Of a stretch of DNA of 54,010 nucleotides, positions 37,631 through 50,280 are shown piece by piece. Each line of letters starts with the position of its first letter. The stretch's first letter is position 1. The position numbers were made by a program, and so were the translations under genes. The stretch is taken from the NCBI RefSeq assembly GCF_004010195.1, contig NC_057720.1, positions 14,526,975 through 14,580,984 on the forward strand, in the 5' to 3' direction. This DNA is from Chiloscyllium plagiosum (taxonomy: Eukaryota). Below the pieces are notes generated by a model. The model saw nothing but the letters and a program-made list of their open reading frames with translations. It searched no databases and was not told the DNA's origin.

Positions 37631-38534
37631 GTATAGGTGACTTCTACCCCAGAAGAGATTTGATCAAGATAAAGACAAGTACAGCAAATTAAATATGTTG
37701 AAGCTGGGTACAAAAACACCTTTTGAATGTGTGGAATGGGAGCTGATGTTTTTGTGCCTCCTGCTAACTGAATATAAATCCCTGTATCTGAATGAAGTGT
37801 ACCCTGGTCAGCTACAAGAAGCAAGAAAATGAATGGTTGGGTCTGGCTGTCATTCTTCAACCATCTGTCTGTAGGCATGGTTCTAGAGGGCTGCTAATGT
37901 TGAACAATGAGGAGGGATAGCCTGGGTCATCACAGGCTAGCTTAACCTTTGAGCAAATTGGAAGAAAATCTGACACAATCTAAGTTGTCACTTACAGAGA
38001 AACTGTTGATTAATCAAGGAAAGTCAACATGAATCCAGTACGGAAAATTTTTGACTAACTCAATATACTATACTCTGTATAGCCTCAATTTCTGTGAGGG
38101 TAACGTATTTGGATTTAGATGAGTTTTTGATAGAGTCCTTTAGGACAGACTGGGCAGAAAATTAAAACAGATGAAGGTGCAACGGGAAGTAATAAGTTGG
38201 ATCCAAATTTGACTGAGTTGTAAAAAAGGGTTTTGGCCAGGGCATTTTGTAACTGTAAGGCTATTTGCAGCGGGTTTGCAGAAGACTCTGTACTGGATTC
38301 TATGTTCCGGTTGTATATATCAAGGGAATACACTTGAAAGGAGTGAGTACGATTAAGAATTTTGAGGATAATGCACATTTTGCCAGTGAGTGAGAAAGTC
38401 GTTAGGCTACAGGGTGATATCAGTGGCAACTGAAATTTAGTCCAGGAACTCTGAGATAATAGGGAGCAGGGAACAAAGTTACTTTTTAAGGTTATTTCTT
38501 GACTTTCTCTTGGGCTCCTTTTTTGATTTTTTTA

Positions 38535-39938
38535 GAACATAGAAAAGTACAGCACGGAATAGTCCCTTTGGCCCACGATGTTGTGCCGAGATTTAATCCT
38601 AATGTAAAATATAGTAACTTAACCTATGCGCCCCTCAACTCTCTGCTATCCATGTGCATGTCCAGCAGTCGCTTAATGTCCCCAGTGCATTCCATGCATT
38701 CACTACTCTCTGCGTAAAGAGCCTACCTCTGATGTCGGCACAATATCGAGGGCCAAAGGGCCTGTACTGCATTGTAATGATCTATGCTTTACGTTCCAAC
38801 AGTCGGAGAGAAAAGTCAGAGCTTATTCAACCTTTCTGCATAAGGCAAGCCCTCCAGTCCAGGCAGCATCCTGGTAAACCTTTGTACCCTCTCCAAAGCC
38901 TTTATCTTTGCTATAGTAGGGTGACCAGAACTGGACACAATATTCCAAGTGTGGTCTCACCAGGGACTTGTAGAGCTGCAGCAAAACCTCGTGGCTCTTA
39001 AACTCGATCTCCCTGTTAATAAAAGCCAAAACACCATATGCTTTCTGAACAACCCTATCCACTTGGGTGGCAACTTTGAGGGATCTATGTACTAGGTGCC
39101 TCTGTTCCTCCACACTGCCAAGACTTCTGTCTTTAATCCTATATTCAGCATTGGAGTTCAATCTTCCAAAATGCATCACTTTGCATTTATCCAGGTTGAA
39201 CTCCATCTGCCATTTCTCAGCCGAGCTCTGCATCCTGTCTGTCGTGCTGCAGCCTGCAGTAGCCCTCTATGCTATCGACGACACCTCCAACCTTTGTGTC
39301 ATCTGCAAATTTACTAAACCACCCCTCATCCTCCTCATCCAAGTCACTTTATAAAAACTACAAAGAGTAGAGGCCCAAGAACAGAGCCCTGCGGGACCCC
39401 ACTCAACACTAACCTCCAGACAGAATACTTTCCATCTACAACCACACTGTCTTCTGTCAGCCAGCCAATTCTGAATCCAGATAGCCAAATCTCCCTGTAT
39501 CCCATACTTCCTGACTTTATGAATGAGCCTACCATGGGGAACCCTATCAAATGCCTTTCTGAAGTCCATATACACATCTACTGCACAACCGTCGTCGACC
39601 TGCCTTGACACCTCCTCAAAGAACTCAATAAGATTTGTGAGGTATGACCTGCTCCTCACAAAGCTATGCTGATTTGCCTTTAATTACACTATCCTTTGCC
39701 AAATAGTAATAAGTCCTATCTCTCAGAATTCTTTCCAAAACTTTGCTGATCGCAGACATAAGACTGACTGGTCTGTAATTGCCATGGATTTCCCTATTGC
39801 CCTTCTTGAAAAGAGGAACAGGATTCGCCTCCTTCCAATCCTCTGGTATGACACATATGGAGAGTGAGGAGACAAATCTCCTCGCCAGCGGCTTAGCAAC
39901 CTCCTTTCTCGTTTCCCGGAGCAGCCTTGGATAAATAG
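38535..39938 (-). mobile_element. 5'-truncated CR1 RT plus 3' end
   Basis: ORFs 39664-39960, 39267-39659, 39344-39577 (GVPQGSVLGPLLF), 38823-39233 (LVRPHLEYCVQFWSP). Confidence 0.9.
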
Positions 39939-40009
39939 GGATTTTCATTTTGCTTTTCAAGAGCTCCTTTTATTTTTCATTTGTATTAATTATTAGGTAA
40001 TACAGTCTT

Positions 40010-40563
40010 GTGGTAACAATACCTGCTGTTGTCATCCCATTTTTTTCCCCCCCCCTCAGTCAAAGCAAAATGCTCAGACACATTTGTTTTATCTCCTTCA
40101 TCTTTATTCCGGGCCCTGCAGAGAGAGAGAGCGAGAGAACAATCGCCCATGTGCACAGACATGAGTTCTCGGTCTACTCTTGAAGAGCAGTGTCTTAATG
40201 AATTATATAGTTATTTTATACGGAGGAGCATCCAGATAAGGCAACGTACATATTGATTGGGTGACCGTTACAATCAGCGAGTGTCAATAGTAAAGATTTA
40301 AGCCATCTGGTGTTAGATAATCAATGTTGTTAACCTTCACTGGCTTCACATTCAACTTTTCACCCAGTTGAACTGAACGCTTCCATATTGTAAAATGGCT
40401 GTACATTATGAATGTTTTTCCACTTTGTTAACCTATTACCCTTGCCTCTAGCACCCCATTGTTAACTGCAAGGTCTTATCAGATCTGTGTCATACTCAGC
40501 TGAACCTCTTGTTTCACAAAACTCAAAACCTAACTCTTTCTCTATCTACTCATACCTGAAACA
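40010..40563 (-). mobile_element. Probable solo LTR, copy 1
   Basis: About 520 bp homologous to 51616-52167; TG..CA-like ends; AATAAA on the minus strand. Confidence 0.55.
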
Positions 40564-40711
40564 CGTTTTCACTGTGTATCTGTTAACTTATGGCTATTTC
40601 AATTTGGATAGAAGCATATTTATAGATGAATTCATCAATATTCTCAATCCACAACTGGATTTGGCAGGATTGCAGAGTTTGGATGTGATCGATTGGATAT
40701 GGGATCATTTA

Positions 40712-40930
40712 CTGAGCTGAAAATGTGTTGCTGGAAAAGCGCAGCAGGTCAGGCAGCATCCAGGGAACAGGAGAATCAATGTTTTGGGCATAAGCCCTTC
40801 TTCAGGACCTGAAGAAGGGCTTATGCCTGAAACGTCGATTCTCCTGTTCCCTGGATGCTGCCTGACCTGTGCTTTTCCAGGAACACATTTTCAGCTCTGA
40901 TTTCCAGCATCTGCAGACCTTGCTTTCTCC
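40712..40930. mobile_element. Near-perfect palindromic family A element with back-to-back hammerhead cores
   Basis: Centre CTTCTTCAGG-A-CCTGAAGAAG at 40807; direct repeat TATGGGATCATTTA at 40698-40711 and 40931-40944. Confidence 0.9.
40808..40838 (+). ncRNA. Minimal hammerhead ribozyme motif
   Basis: C-CTGAAGA-A-GGGC-TTAT-GCCT-GAAA-CGTC-GA. Confidence 0.6.
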
Positions 40931-41186
40931 TATGGGATCATTTAGCCCTGTCTATTGCAGGCTGCTTATGCTGTTTACCATGCAATTAGTCCTGCGCTGT
41001 AGGAACAGTGGGTTGGTGCCTCCTTTCTAAGCATGTCTCGAGCTTTGTGTCTCAGCATGCCTATCTGCACGCTTTTTGAACATGTTGTTCTCCTGCTTGC
41101 ATGGTTATGATAGGTGGGTGGCATACCAGGCCTTGATTATAGATTGAATAACAGTTTTAGTTCTGATGGCCTATAGCACTTGGATG

Positions 41187-41310
41187 AGAAAATGAGGTGT
41201 GCAGATGCTGGAGATCAGAGATGGAAATGTGTTGCTGGAGAAGCGCAGCAGGTCAGGCAGCATCTAGGGAACAGGAGAATCGACGTTTTGGGCATCAGCC
41301 CTTCCTCAGG
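41187..41310 (-). mobile_element. Single-arm family A element
   Basis: Direct repeat ACTTGGATG at 41178-41186 and 41311-41319; begins C-CTGAGGA-A-GGGC-TGAT-GCCC-AAAA-CGTC. Confidence 0.8.
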
Positions 41311-44300
41311 ACTTGGATGCCCTGTATTGAGTTGCTAGATCTATATTATTTAGTGCCATGGTAATGTTACACAAAACACTAAAGAGCATCCTCAATTGAA
41401 GATAAGACTTTGTCTTTGCAAGAACTGAGTGGCCATTTCTATCTATACTGTCATGAGCAGATGCTTACATGAGACATTGATGATGAGGTCAAATAGATTT
41501 CTCTCCCTCTTGTTTCGCTCACTACCTGCTGCAGCTATGCCCAGATTCCGCTGGTTTAAGTCAGTAGTTGACTAATGAGCCACTTATAATAGACTTTGAA
41601 ATCTCTCATCTACAGTCTTGGCACCTTCGACCAAGTGGTATTCAACATGGAGCAATGGTTCATTGGCTGAAGGGGCAGTGGCAACTAATAGTCAGCAGTA
41701 GGCTTCTATACCTATGTTTGACCTGATGTGATTAAAAGTTTATAAGGTTTAGAGTCTGTTAAGTCTCAGGGCAAGTCCCTCCTAAACCACTGTGCTCATA
41801 AGGGTTTCTCCTGCTGCTGGAACAAAGCATAACTGGAACTGGTTGTTATGATGTCTGGGGAAAACTGCTCAGCATGACTGTGACCTGCTACTTAAGGTTG
41901 TTGCTTAACTAATCTGTGGGACAATTGTCTCCTAATTTTGGTCCATGCCCCAGATGATGTTGATAACTGTATGGGTGTTTGCTGTTATTATTTCCTTTGC
42001 CTAGGTTCATGGGGGTGATATGTCTGGTTTTATTCCTTTTGGATGCTTGCCAGATTTGAATTGCATAAGTGTCTCAATTTGTCATTCAAAGGTTATCAAA
42101 GTGATATAAGTAACTTCCTGACTTTAATTTGTTCATTTACTATATTTAAATCTGTCGACACATCAGGAATGTACCATTTCTAAATATCTCAGCTCAGATG
42201 TTTTTTTTATTCTTAAAAAGTTGAACAAAAAATATTCCTAAACCTCCCCTTTGTAATTACCTGCAATAGAAAAATGTCTTGGACCATTTTGAATACTGAT
42301 TGTGATCAATTTGATATTGTAGCACCCTTACTGTTACACGGCTTGTCTCCCAACTATTAATTGGAACAGACCTGGTTTGATCCCCTATCTGAGAAGTTAC
42401 TGGTCAGTAAGTGCACAAGAATTGGCCTCCATGCCCATGGATTGAAAAGAGGATGAGTGAAATGTATTAGTGCTCAGGTTACCCAAATACTTGATCTGAT
42501 TGATTTCCAACTAATATTGACCTGAATTGGCTAAAAGAGCTGATCTCTGTCTTGTGCTTGCTTGCGAAGACCTCATTGTCTTACTGTTTCTAATCAACCT
42601 GCTCAGACATGTTTCAATGCACCTTTGAGGCAATTGGGACTTGAACCCAGGCCTTCTGGCCACATCGTCAGAATGTTTGTTGCACCACAAAACTCTCTGC
42701 AGAGAACATCTGTAAATTAACAAGTTCAGTTGATCAACTTTAATTGCTCAGGACTGAAGTGGTGGGAAATCTGTCAGATGTTTATTATTTTAATGTTTTG
42801 AAGTTTTTGTTCTTTAAAATCACAAACTAAATTTGTGCACCTAGTCAGGTAAAACTCAGCTTGATGGGGAAATATGGATTTAGCAATGGGTCATGCACAC
42901 ACTGGACCTTGGACTAAGATTTGGGGCGGGGGGATTGGTGTCCCGACCACTAAGCTGATGTATCGACATTGCTCCTGAAGTTCTCTTAAAGTGGCTGCAG
43001 CTGATGTGACTGCTCCATTTTGCTCCTGGCTTTGATTCTGTCTTGTGCTTTTGTCTTGACTAATGTGAAAGGAACAGTTTAAAAACTCAAATGTACAAGC
43101 ATCAAAGTATTCAAGAACTGAATTGGTTGGGGTAACAGGGTCATCTATTTCATGCTTACAAACGAACTGTTTTATAAACTGGGTAGATTTGAAAGCTGGA
43201 CAAAATGAATACTTTGAAAATTTGCAGATAAATCTACCATTCATTATGTAACTCTCAGGTTGCATTCTGATTTAGGAAAGGAGCGGAGTGAGAAGACTGC
43301 CAATTTGGGGAGGCTTTGTGCTATAAGCTCATGTCCCCTAAAGATTGGAATGAGACTGCTTGTGTTGATTTAATGTAGGACATTTGTTGCTCTCAGGACT
43401 TTTCGCATTAGTATGGAATTAACTTTGGTCTTAGGGCTGAAAGGAGAGTGTGCTTAACCTACTTTTCTCATTGAAAGATTTTGTTTTTGGTAGCATTGAT
43501 TCCTTGTAGTACTGTTCTATTATTTCATGGGAAAGCACAAAATTGAATGAGCTGCCAATTTGTGGTCAGTTTTGCTTTTCCTGAAGGCCAGTTTATCTCG
43601 GTATCTTTTGTTTTGAATACTAAATCTACTTCTAACCAGCAGTGACTGCGGTTCAATGCTGGAGCATTGATGTTGGTGACTGAACCATTAAGACCATTCC
43701 CAGGCTGGCATCAATGTCAAGAGCTTGCTACCTGAGGATTTTGTGGTTAAATTGTAACTTGCACATGCTCACTGTATTGTTGAATGTTTGGTGGCAGACC
43801 TATCAAAACTTTGCATTTTAATTATTCTTAAATAACCATGTCCAGCTCACTTAATACAATCTATTAGATGAAAAATGCATTTTGCAAGAATCTGAGGATT
43901 CCTTTCTCCCTGTCTGGTGTGAACTGAGGTAACAGATGAACAGTTATGTGATCACACAGGAGTGTACTATAATACTCCTTTTATGAAGGGACAGAGGGTT
44001 GGTGGTGGAGGGAGGATGAGAAGAGCCAAGGTGAAGCAGTCTTTGGGGTTTTGAACATTTATCTTCACTAATTATCTCTGGCATATTGCAACTAACTACT
44101 ATGTGAACCATCACTTCAGCTTGGAGCAGTTAATTCCATGAATCTATCTTGGGGCTTTTCCTAACCTGCATGATGGAGGAGTTTTTTTTAAAGTGAGTAG
44201 CTGCTGAAGAATTTCACTTGTACAGCTGACAGTTGCATCTGGAACTAGCAGTTCATAATCCTGGAAAGATAGATGGCTTCATATTGATCTCCTATCTGGT

Positions 44301-44829
44301 TTCACCAAATAAGGAGTGCCTACAGTTTGTAACAGGTTCTAATGGTCTTCAGATTTATCATCAATGTTGATAGTGAACTTTCTTGACTTGGTGCGTATGT
44401 CTGCCATAGACTTTTTTGTTTTTTGTCAACTATTAACTAATTCATTTATGGCAAAAAAGTACGTGTTTGTTTGAAGATTTTTTTTTCAATCGCCTTTTTT
44501 TCCTCTAGCACTATCTTAAGAACTGTATGACTACTTGCATTTGTTATTTGTAAGTTGAATTAAAATAACCAATTAGCTTTATTGGGGTAATTTAAGATGA
44601 AGTCATCAATTTGAAATGATTGAAATCTGGAAACAAAGTTGCATAATGGTTTTTTATATTTGAAGACTTTGTCAAAACACTATAAAACATCATAGCAACA
44701 CCTATAAAACATCAAAAAGAGAAAGAAGAGATGCAGAGTGAATGATTCAGTGTGACAGAAAAAGTTAGAAAATATATGCTGAAGAGTGTAGCAGAAATCA
44801 GAACCAGAGAGTACAAGTAATTAATAAAA

Positions 44830-46245
44830 GTCAGAGCTTAAGATGCTATATCTGAATACATGTAGTATTTGCAATGGCACAAATAGAAATTAATATGATT
44901 TGGTAGCTATTGTGGAGACATCGATACAGAGTTATCAAGGCTTGGAATTCAGTCAATGTTCCAGAAGAGGTAACTTTTTAAAAAAACAAGCTGGTGGGAT
45001 AACTTTTTTTTATTAATAAAGGAAGGTATCAGTGTAGCAGTGAGTCATGATATAGATGCATGATGTAATATCACTTTGGGAGGAAACAAAGAATGGAGAG
45101 GGATAAGTATCGTGGATGGAATGCCCCACTCCCCCCATGTCCAAACCCTTCCCAACAATTCTTGTGGGTGACTTGAATCTACATATTGACAGGCCAAATC
45201 TGATGTGAAAGAGTGTTATGAAAGATTATTTTCTCGAGTATCAGGAATGCTGCCTAGAGCAATATGTTGCAGAACCTATTTGGAACAAGCTATTTTTTTA
45301 AAAAAAAAGCATTGGTGGAATGTGAATGTCTCTCTATAAGCCAACATTTACTGCCTCGATACCAGTTGAGAGTAAGTCACAGTGCTATGGGTCTGGAGTG
45401 CCATGTAAGCCAGGCCAAGTAAGGATGGCAGTTTCCCTTCCCTAAAGAACAGTAGTGAATCAGGTGGGTTTTATGCCAATCCACAGTAGTTCCATGGTCA
45501 CCATTAGGACAGCTTTTCTTCCAGATTTTTAGATATTGAGTTCAAATGATTCAAACCTATATCCTCAGATCATCCGCCTGGGGTAATGGGGTTACTAGTC
45601 CAGTGACATTACCACTATGTCATTATACATGACTAGATCTAAAGGGTAATGAGATTGGATTAATAAGAGATCTCCATAGTGAAGGGCATGAATAGGAAAG
45701 ATTTGGAGACAATTGCAGGCAGGTGGGATGAGTTTAGTCTGGGAACATGGTTGAGGTGGACAGTTGGACCGAAGGTGTCTCCATGCTGTATGACTGATTC
45801 TATGAAAGCAATCACAACATAGTAAGATTTCAAATTTGGTTTGAGGGAGAGCAACTCAAACCAATGCCCTCAAATTAAATAAGGGCAATTAGAGAGGTAT
45901 GAAGAAAGTTGTTTACAGTGAGCTGGGTTAGTAGGCTAGGGGAAAGCTGGTAAGCAGGTATTTCATAATTTTTAATTCTGATCAAGATGATGGACTGAGG
46001 AGGAGGAATTGCCCATAGTTAACAAGGCAAAGACAGTATTCAGTCAAAAACTAAGACATACGAAACATGAAAATTAGTGGGAAGCCAGAAGATTAGAAAT
46101 ATTTTATGTATCGGCTGCAAATGACAAAACACCTAAATAAAAGAGCAGAAAGGGGACTTTGAAAGTAAATTGGCAAGCAATGTGAAAACAACAAGAGCTT
46201 CTACAGGTATATGAAAAGAAAGAGTAGCTGCAGTAAGTGTGGCGA
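44830..46245 (+). mobile_element. Highly decayed CR1 (EN/linker) with nested SINE (about 45310-45625) and a CR1 tail piece
   Basis: Similarity by eye to other CR1 copies in the window; no long ORF. Confidence 0.5.
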
Positions 46246-46259
46246 TCTTGAAGGATATA

Positions 46260-46725
46260 TATAGTTCAAATCCTCCAACCCTGGCGTCATCCTTCAAAGG
46301 GTTCAGAAAAGATTTACAAGTTTCACAACATCTTTCCGATAGGAAGGAGACTAGAATTGCATGCAATATTCCAACTGTGGCCTAACCAATGTCCTGTACA
46401 GCCGCAACATGACCTCCCAACTCCTGTATTCAATACTCTGACCAATAAAAGGAAAGCCTACCAAACGCCATCTTCACTATCCTATCTACCTGCCACTCCA
46501 CTCTTAAGGAGCTATGAACCTGCACTCCAAAGTCTCTTTGTTCAGCAACACTCCCTAGGTCTCTTTGTTCAGCAACACTCCCTAGGACCTTACCATTAAG
46601 TGTATAAGTCCTGCTAAGATTTCAGCACCTTGCATTTATCTGAATTAAACTCCATCTGCCACTTATTGGCCCATCTGATCAAGATCCTGTTGTAATCTGA
46701 GGTAACCTTCTTCGCTGTCCACTAA
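46260..46725 (-). mobile_element. CR1 RT fragment with micro-inversion and 27-bp tandem duplication
   Basis: Collinear with 34908-35360; TCTCTTTGTTCAGCAACACTCCCTAGG occurs twice at about 46533-46586. Confidence 0.85.
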
Positions 46726-46739
46726 AGGTATCATCATTT

Positions 46740-46950
46740 TCTGCAGCAGAAATAAAAACATTAAATTGCAGGATCTGAGCACGTCTAGCAGCATCTGTGG
46801 AGAGAAAGCAGAGTTAACATCGGGTCCTGTTACTCTTCGAAACTGTCGCTGAACTTAAAACATCAGCAGTTACTTTCTTTTCACTGCTGCTGCATCTGCT
46901 GAGTTTCTCCAGCAATTTGTTTTATTTCAGATCCTCAGCACCTGCACTGT
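46740..46950. mobile_element. Decayed palindromic family C element
   Basis: GCAGCATCTGTGGAGAGAAAGCAGAGTTAAC arm with an inverted partner ending CTGCTGAGTTTCTCCAGCA. Confidence 0.55.
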
Positions 46951-48042
46951 GTTTTTACTGTTTCTAGCAGGTTGTGCACTTGGACATGTAGGAGATTGGC
47001 GAACAATATGCTCAGTGACACTCGAAATAAATGTGATACATAAAGTATAAACTGACACTTAAATCATCTTGTGCAGGAAGCACTATCCTCTTACAAATCA
47101 AACCAAAAGATAAATATCCTACCGATTTGGTTATCTTCTACAATGAATGTTGATTGATCTGAAGCACATTGTTTAAACTGAATACATTATACTTGCATTT
47201 ATAAATGTTCTCCTGTGTACTGTAACTTTTTTTCTCACCTGTTCTGCCTCATTTGCTCTTATAAGGTCTCTGAGTGAAGTCTAATAGAGATCTGCTCCAC
47301 TAGTCCAGGAAAAAACATGAATAGATTTTTAAAAAAATTCTCTGCATGTCTTTTCTGGATTAGAGTGTGCTGAATGTCAGATGCAGATGATAAAAAAAAA
47401 AATAAATCCGTAGGCCTGGGAGAGAAAGAAAGTATGTAAATACATAAAAGAAGAAACTAAGAACAGAGATAAAACCAATTGGGGAACATGCAACACAAAT
47501 GTTTTTTTAAAAAATGTACAAAACTGCCGAAGTAAAGGGTCTTTTAAAGAAAGCAAAACTTCCAGAGTTTAAGGGAATGTTAATTAGTCTAATCTCTACA
47601 AATACAGTAAGAATGTTGCATGTAAATTCATAATGAGATTATGGTAATCTCATTTTTTTTCCCCCAGAACAAAAGTGACTGGGTGAGGCTTAATTTTCAG
47701 TCCCTTCTTTGTTAAAGTCTTGCTGACATTGACAAGGGTGGAAAACAAAACAAGTAATCATTTGCAGCAGAGTGTAAAAACACAGGAGAGAATTGAAAAC
47801 CAAATAAAAGGTACAATGCATCTTGCCTTTGGTTGGGTGTTTTTTAAAACTTCAACTCATCAAGACTATGTTAGCCTAAGATTTTTTTGTATTCAAAATG
47901 CTTCAACCTCAGTACATTTAAAGGATCTTCTGCTTGAAGCACGATAATCAGTTACACCAGGATACAGCAAACAACAGTGAAGTATTAGGGCCTTTAACTG
48001 TTCCTTTAAAAGAATAGTAGAATTTTGCTGATTTAATACAAA

Positions 48043-48260
48043 GTTTATGAGAAGATTTGGAGCTCGGGTGCTCGTTGTTGTGGTTCTGTTCGCCGAGCTG
48101 GAAATTTGTGTTGCAGATGTTTCGTCCCCTGTCTAGGTGACCTCCGCAGTGCTTGGGAGCCTCCTGTGAAGCGCTTCACAGGAGGCTCCCAATCACTGAG
48201 GAGGTCACCTAGACAGGGGACGAAATGCCTGCGATACAAATTCCCAGCTCGGCGAACAGG
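48043..48260. mobile_element. Loopless 174-bp palindrome, Penelope-derived (family D), hammerhead on each arm
   Basis: Arms 48086-48172 / 48173-48259 centred on GAAGC|GCTTC; direct repeat TTTAATACAAA at 48032-48042 and 48261-48271. Confidence 0.85.
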
Positions 48261-48494
48261 TTTAATACAAAACATGGCAATCTAGTAAAAACCAAAAAGG
48301 GTAGAAGCAGATTGGTAAGTTAGGCAAATCATGCCATTAGTTCACACTTAAATTGTCATCATGGGTGAACCCACAGCAGGTGGACTGCAGCAGTTCAAGA
48401 AGGTAGCTCACCACCACCTTTTTAAGGGCAGCTAGGGATGGTCAATAAATGTTGGTTCAGTCAATGATGCCAGTGTCCCACAAATGAATTTAAA

Positions 48495-50280
48495 ACATAA
48501 GAGCTAGGAGCAGGAGTAGACCATCTGGCCCATCGAGCCTGCTCTGCCATTCAATATGATCATGGCTGATCTTTTCATGCCTGAGCTCCATTACTTGCCC
48601 CCTCACCACAATCCTTAATTCCTTTACTGTTCAAAAAGCTAACGATCTTAGCTTTGAAAGTATTCAATAAGGAAACCTCAGCTACTTCAGTGGGTAGGGA
48701 ATACCACAGATTCACAACTTTGTGGGTGAAGAAGTGCCTTTCCATTTCAGTCCAAAATCTGCTCCCCCTAATTTTGAGGCTTATGCCGCCTTGTTCTAGT
48801 TTCACTGGGTCAGCAGAAACATCCTCTCTACTTTTGTCTCATCTATTCCCTTCATAATTTTGTGTTTCTATAAGATACCGCCACCCCAATTATTCTAAAT
48901 TCCAATGAATGTAGTCTCTGTCTATTCAGTCTCTGCTCATGAGCCAACCCCGTCCATTCTGGAATCAGTCTAGTGCACCCGCTCTAGTGCCAGTACATCT
49001 TTTCTCGAGTAACGAGACCAAAGCTGCAGGCAATACTCTCCAGGTGTGACTTCACCAGCACACTATACATAACCTCCCTGCTTTTAAGCTTAATCCTTTT
49101 GGGAATGAAGGACTGCATTCCATCACACCACTAGTCATGGATCGCCAACCAGAAAAGCACTCGTTTATCCCCACTGTTTGCTTCCTGTTAACTAACCAAT
49201 CCGGTGTCTATGCAAATACATTGCCCATAACGTCTTGCATCTTTATCTTGTGCAGCAGCCTTTTATGCGGTACCTTGTCGAATGCCTTTTAGAAATCTAG
49301 TTACATCGTATCTGGGTCCTGTTGTCCACCATGCTCATAATATCTTCATAGAATTCCAGCAAATTAGTTAAGGATGACCTGCCTTTCATGAATTCATGCT
49401 GCTTCTGTCTAATGGGCCAATTTCTATCTAGATGTCTTGCTATTTCTCTGATGAAATGCATCAGAGCCAGGAGACTTGTCTACCATTTAGCTCCATTAGC
49501 TTGCCCAGCACTAACTCGTCCGTGACAATGATTGTTTCTAGGTCCTCGACTATGTTTGTCTCTTTGTCAATTACTGGCATGTTATTTGTGTACTCCACTG
49601 TGAAGACAGACACAAAATACCTGTTCAATGCATTGGCCATTTCCTCATATCCCATTACTAAATCCCCTTTCTCGCCCTCCAAAGAACCAATGTTTACTTT
49701 AGCCACTCTTTTCCTATTATATATTTATAGAAACTTGTGCTATCTGTCTTTATGTTCTGAACTAGTTTACTCAAATCTGTCTTGCTTTGGTCTGTAGCTT
49801 TATTTTTGTGGCTTTCTGCTGACCTTTTAAAACTTTCCTAAGCTTCTAGCTTCCTTCTGGATTTTGCCACTTTGTATGCCTCCTTTTTCAATTTGATTGC
49901 CTCCCTTATTTCCTGAGATGTCTCTGGCAGTTTACTTCTTTTCCTACAGTCCGTCCTTTTCACTGGTATTTACTTTTGCTGAGCACTTTGAAAAATTGCT
50001 TTGAAAGTCCTGCACTGTTTATTAACTGTCCCCACCATAATGGGTTTGCTTTCAGTCTACTTCAGCCAACTCCTCCCTCACCTATTGTAGTCTCCTTTTG
50101 TTTAAGCACAGGACCCTAGTATTGGATTTTATCATCTTGTTTTCCATCTGTATTCTAAATTTGACCATACTGTGATTGCTTCTTCCAAGAGGATTCCTAA
50201 CTGTGCGATCATTAATTATTCCTGTTTCATTACTCAAGACCAGATCTAAGATAGCTTGTTCCCCTGTCAGTTCCATTACA
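48495..50280 (-). mobile_element. Decayed CR1 with internal deletions
   Basis: EQAILDLVLSNE..PLGRSNHSMV; EEMANALNRYFVSVFTVE; FFTHKVVNLWYSLP. Confidence 0.85.

Noticed and set aside
42891..43265. 124-aa minus-strand ORF
   Set aside because: No recognisable domain or splice context; compatible with chance
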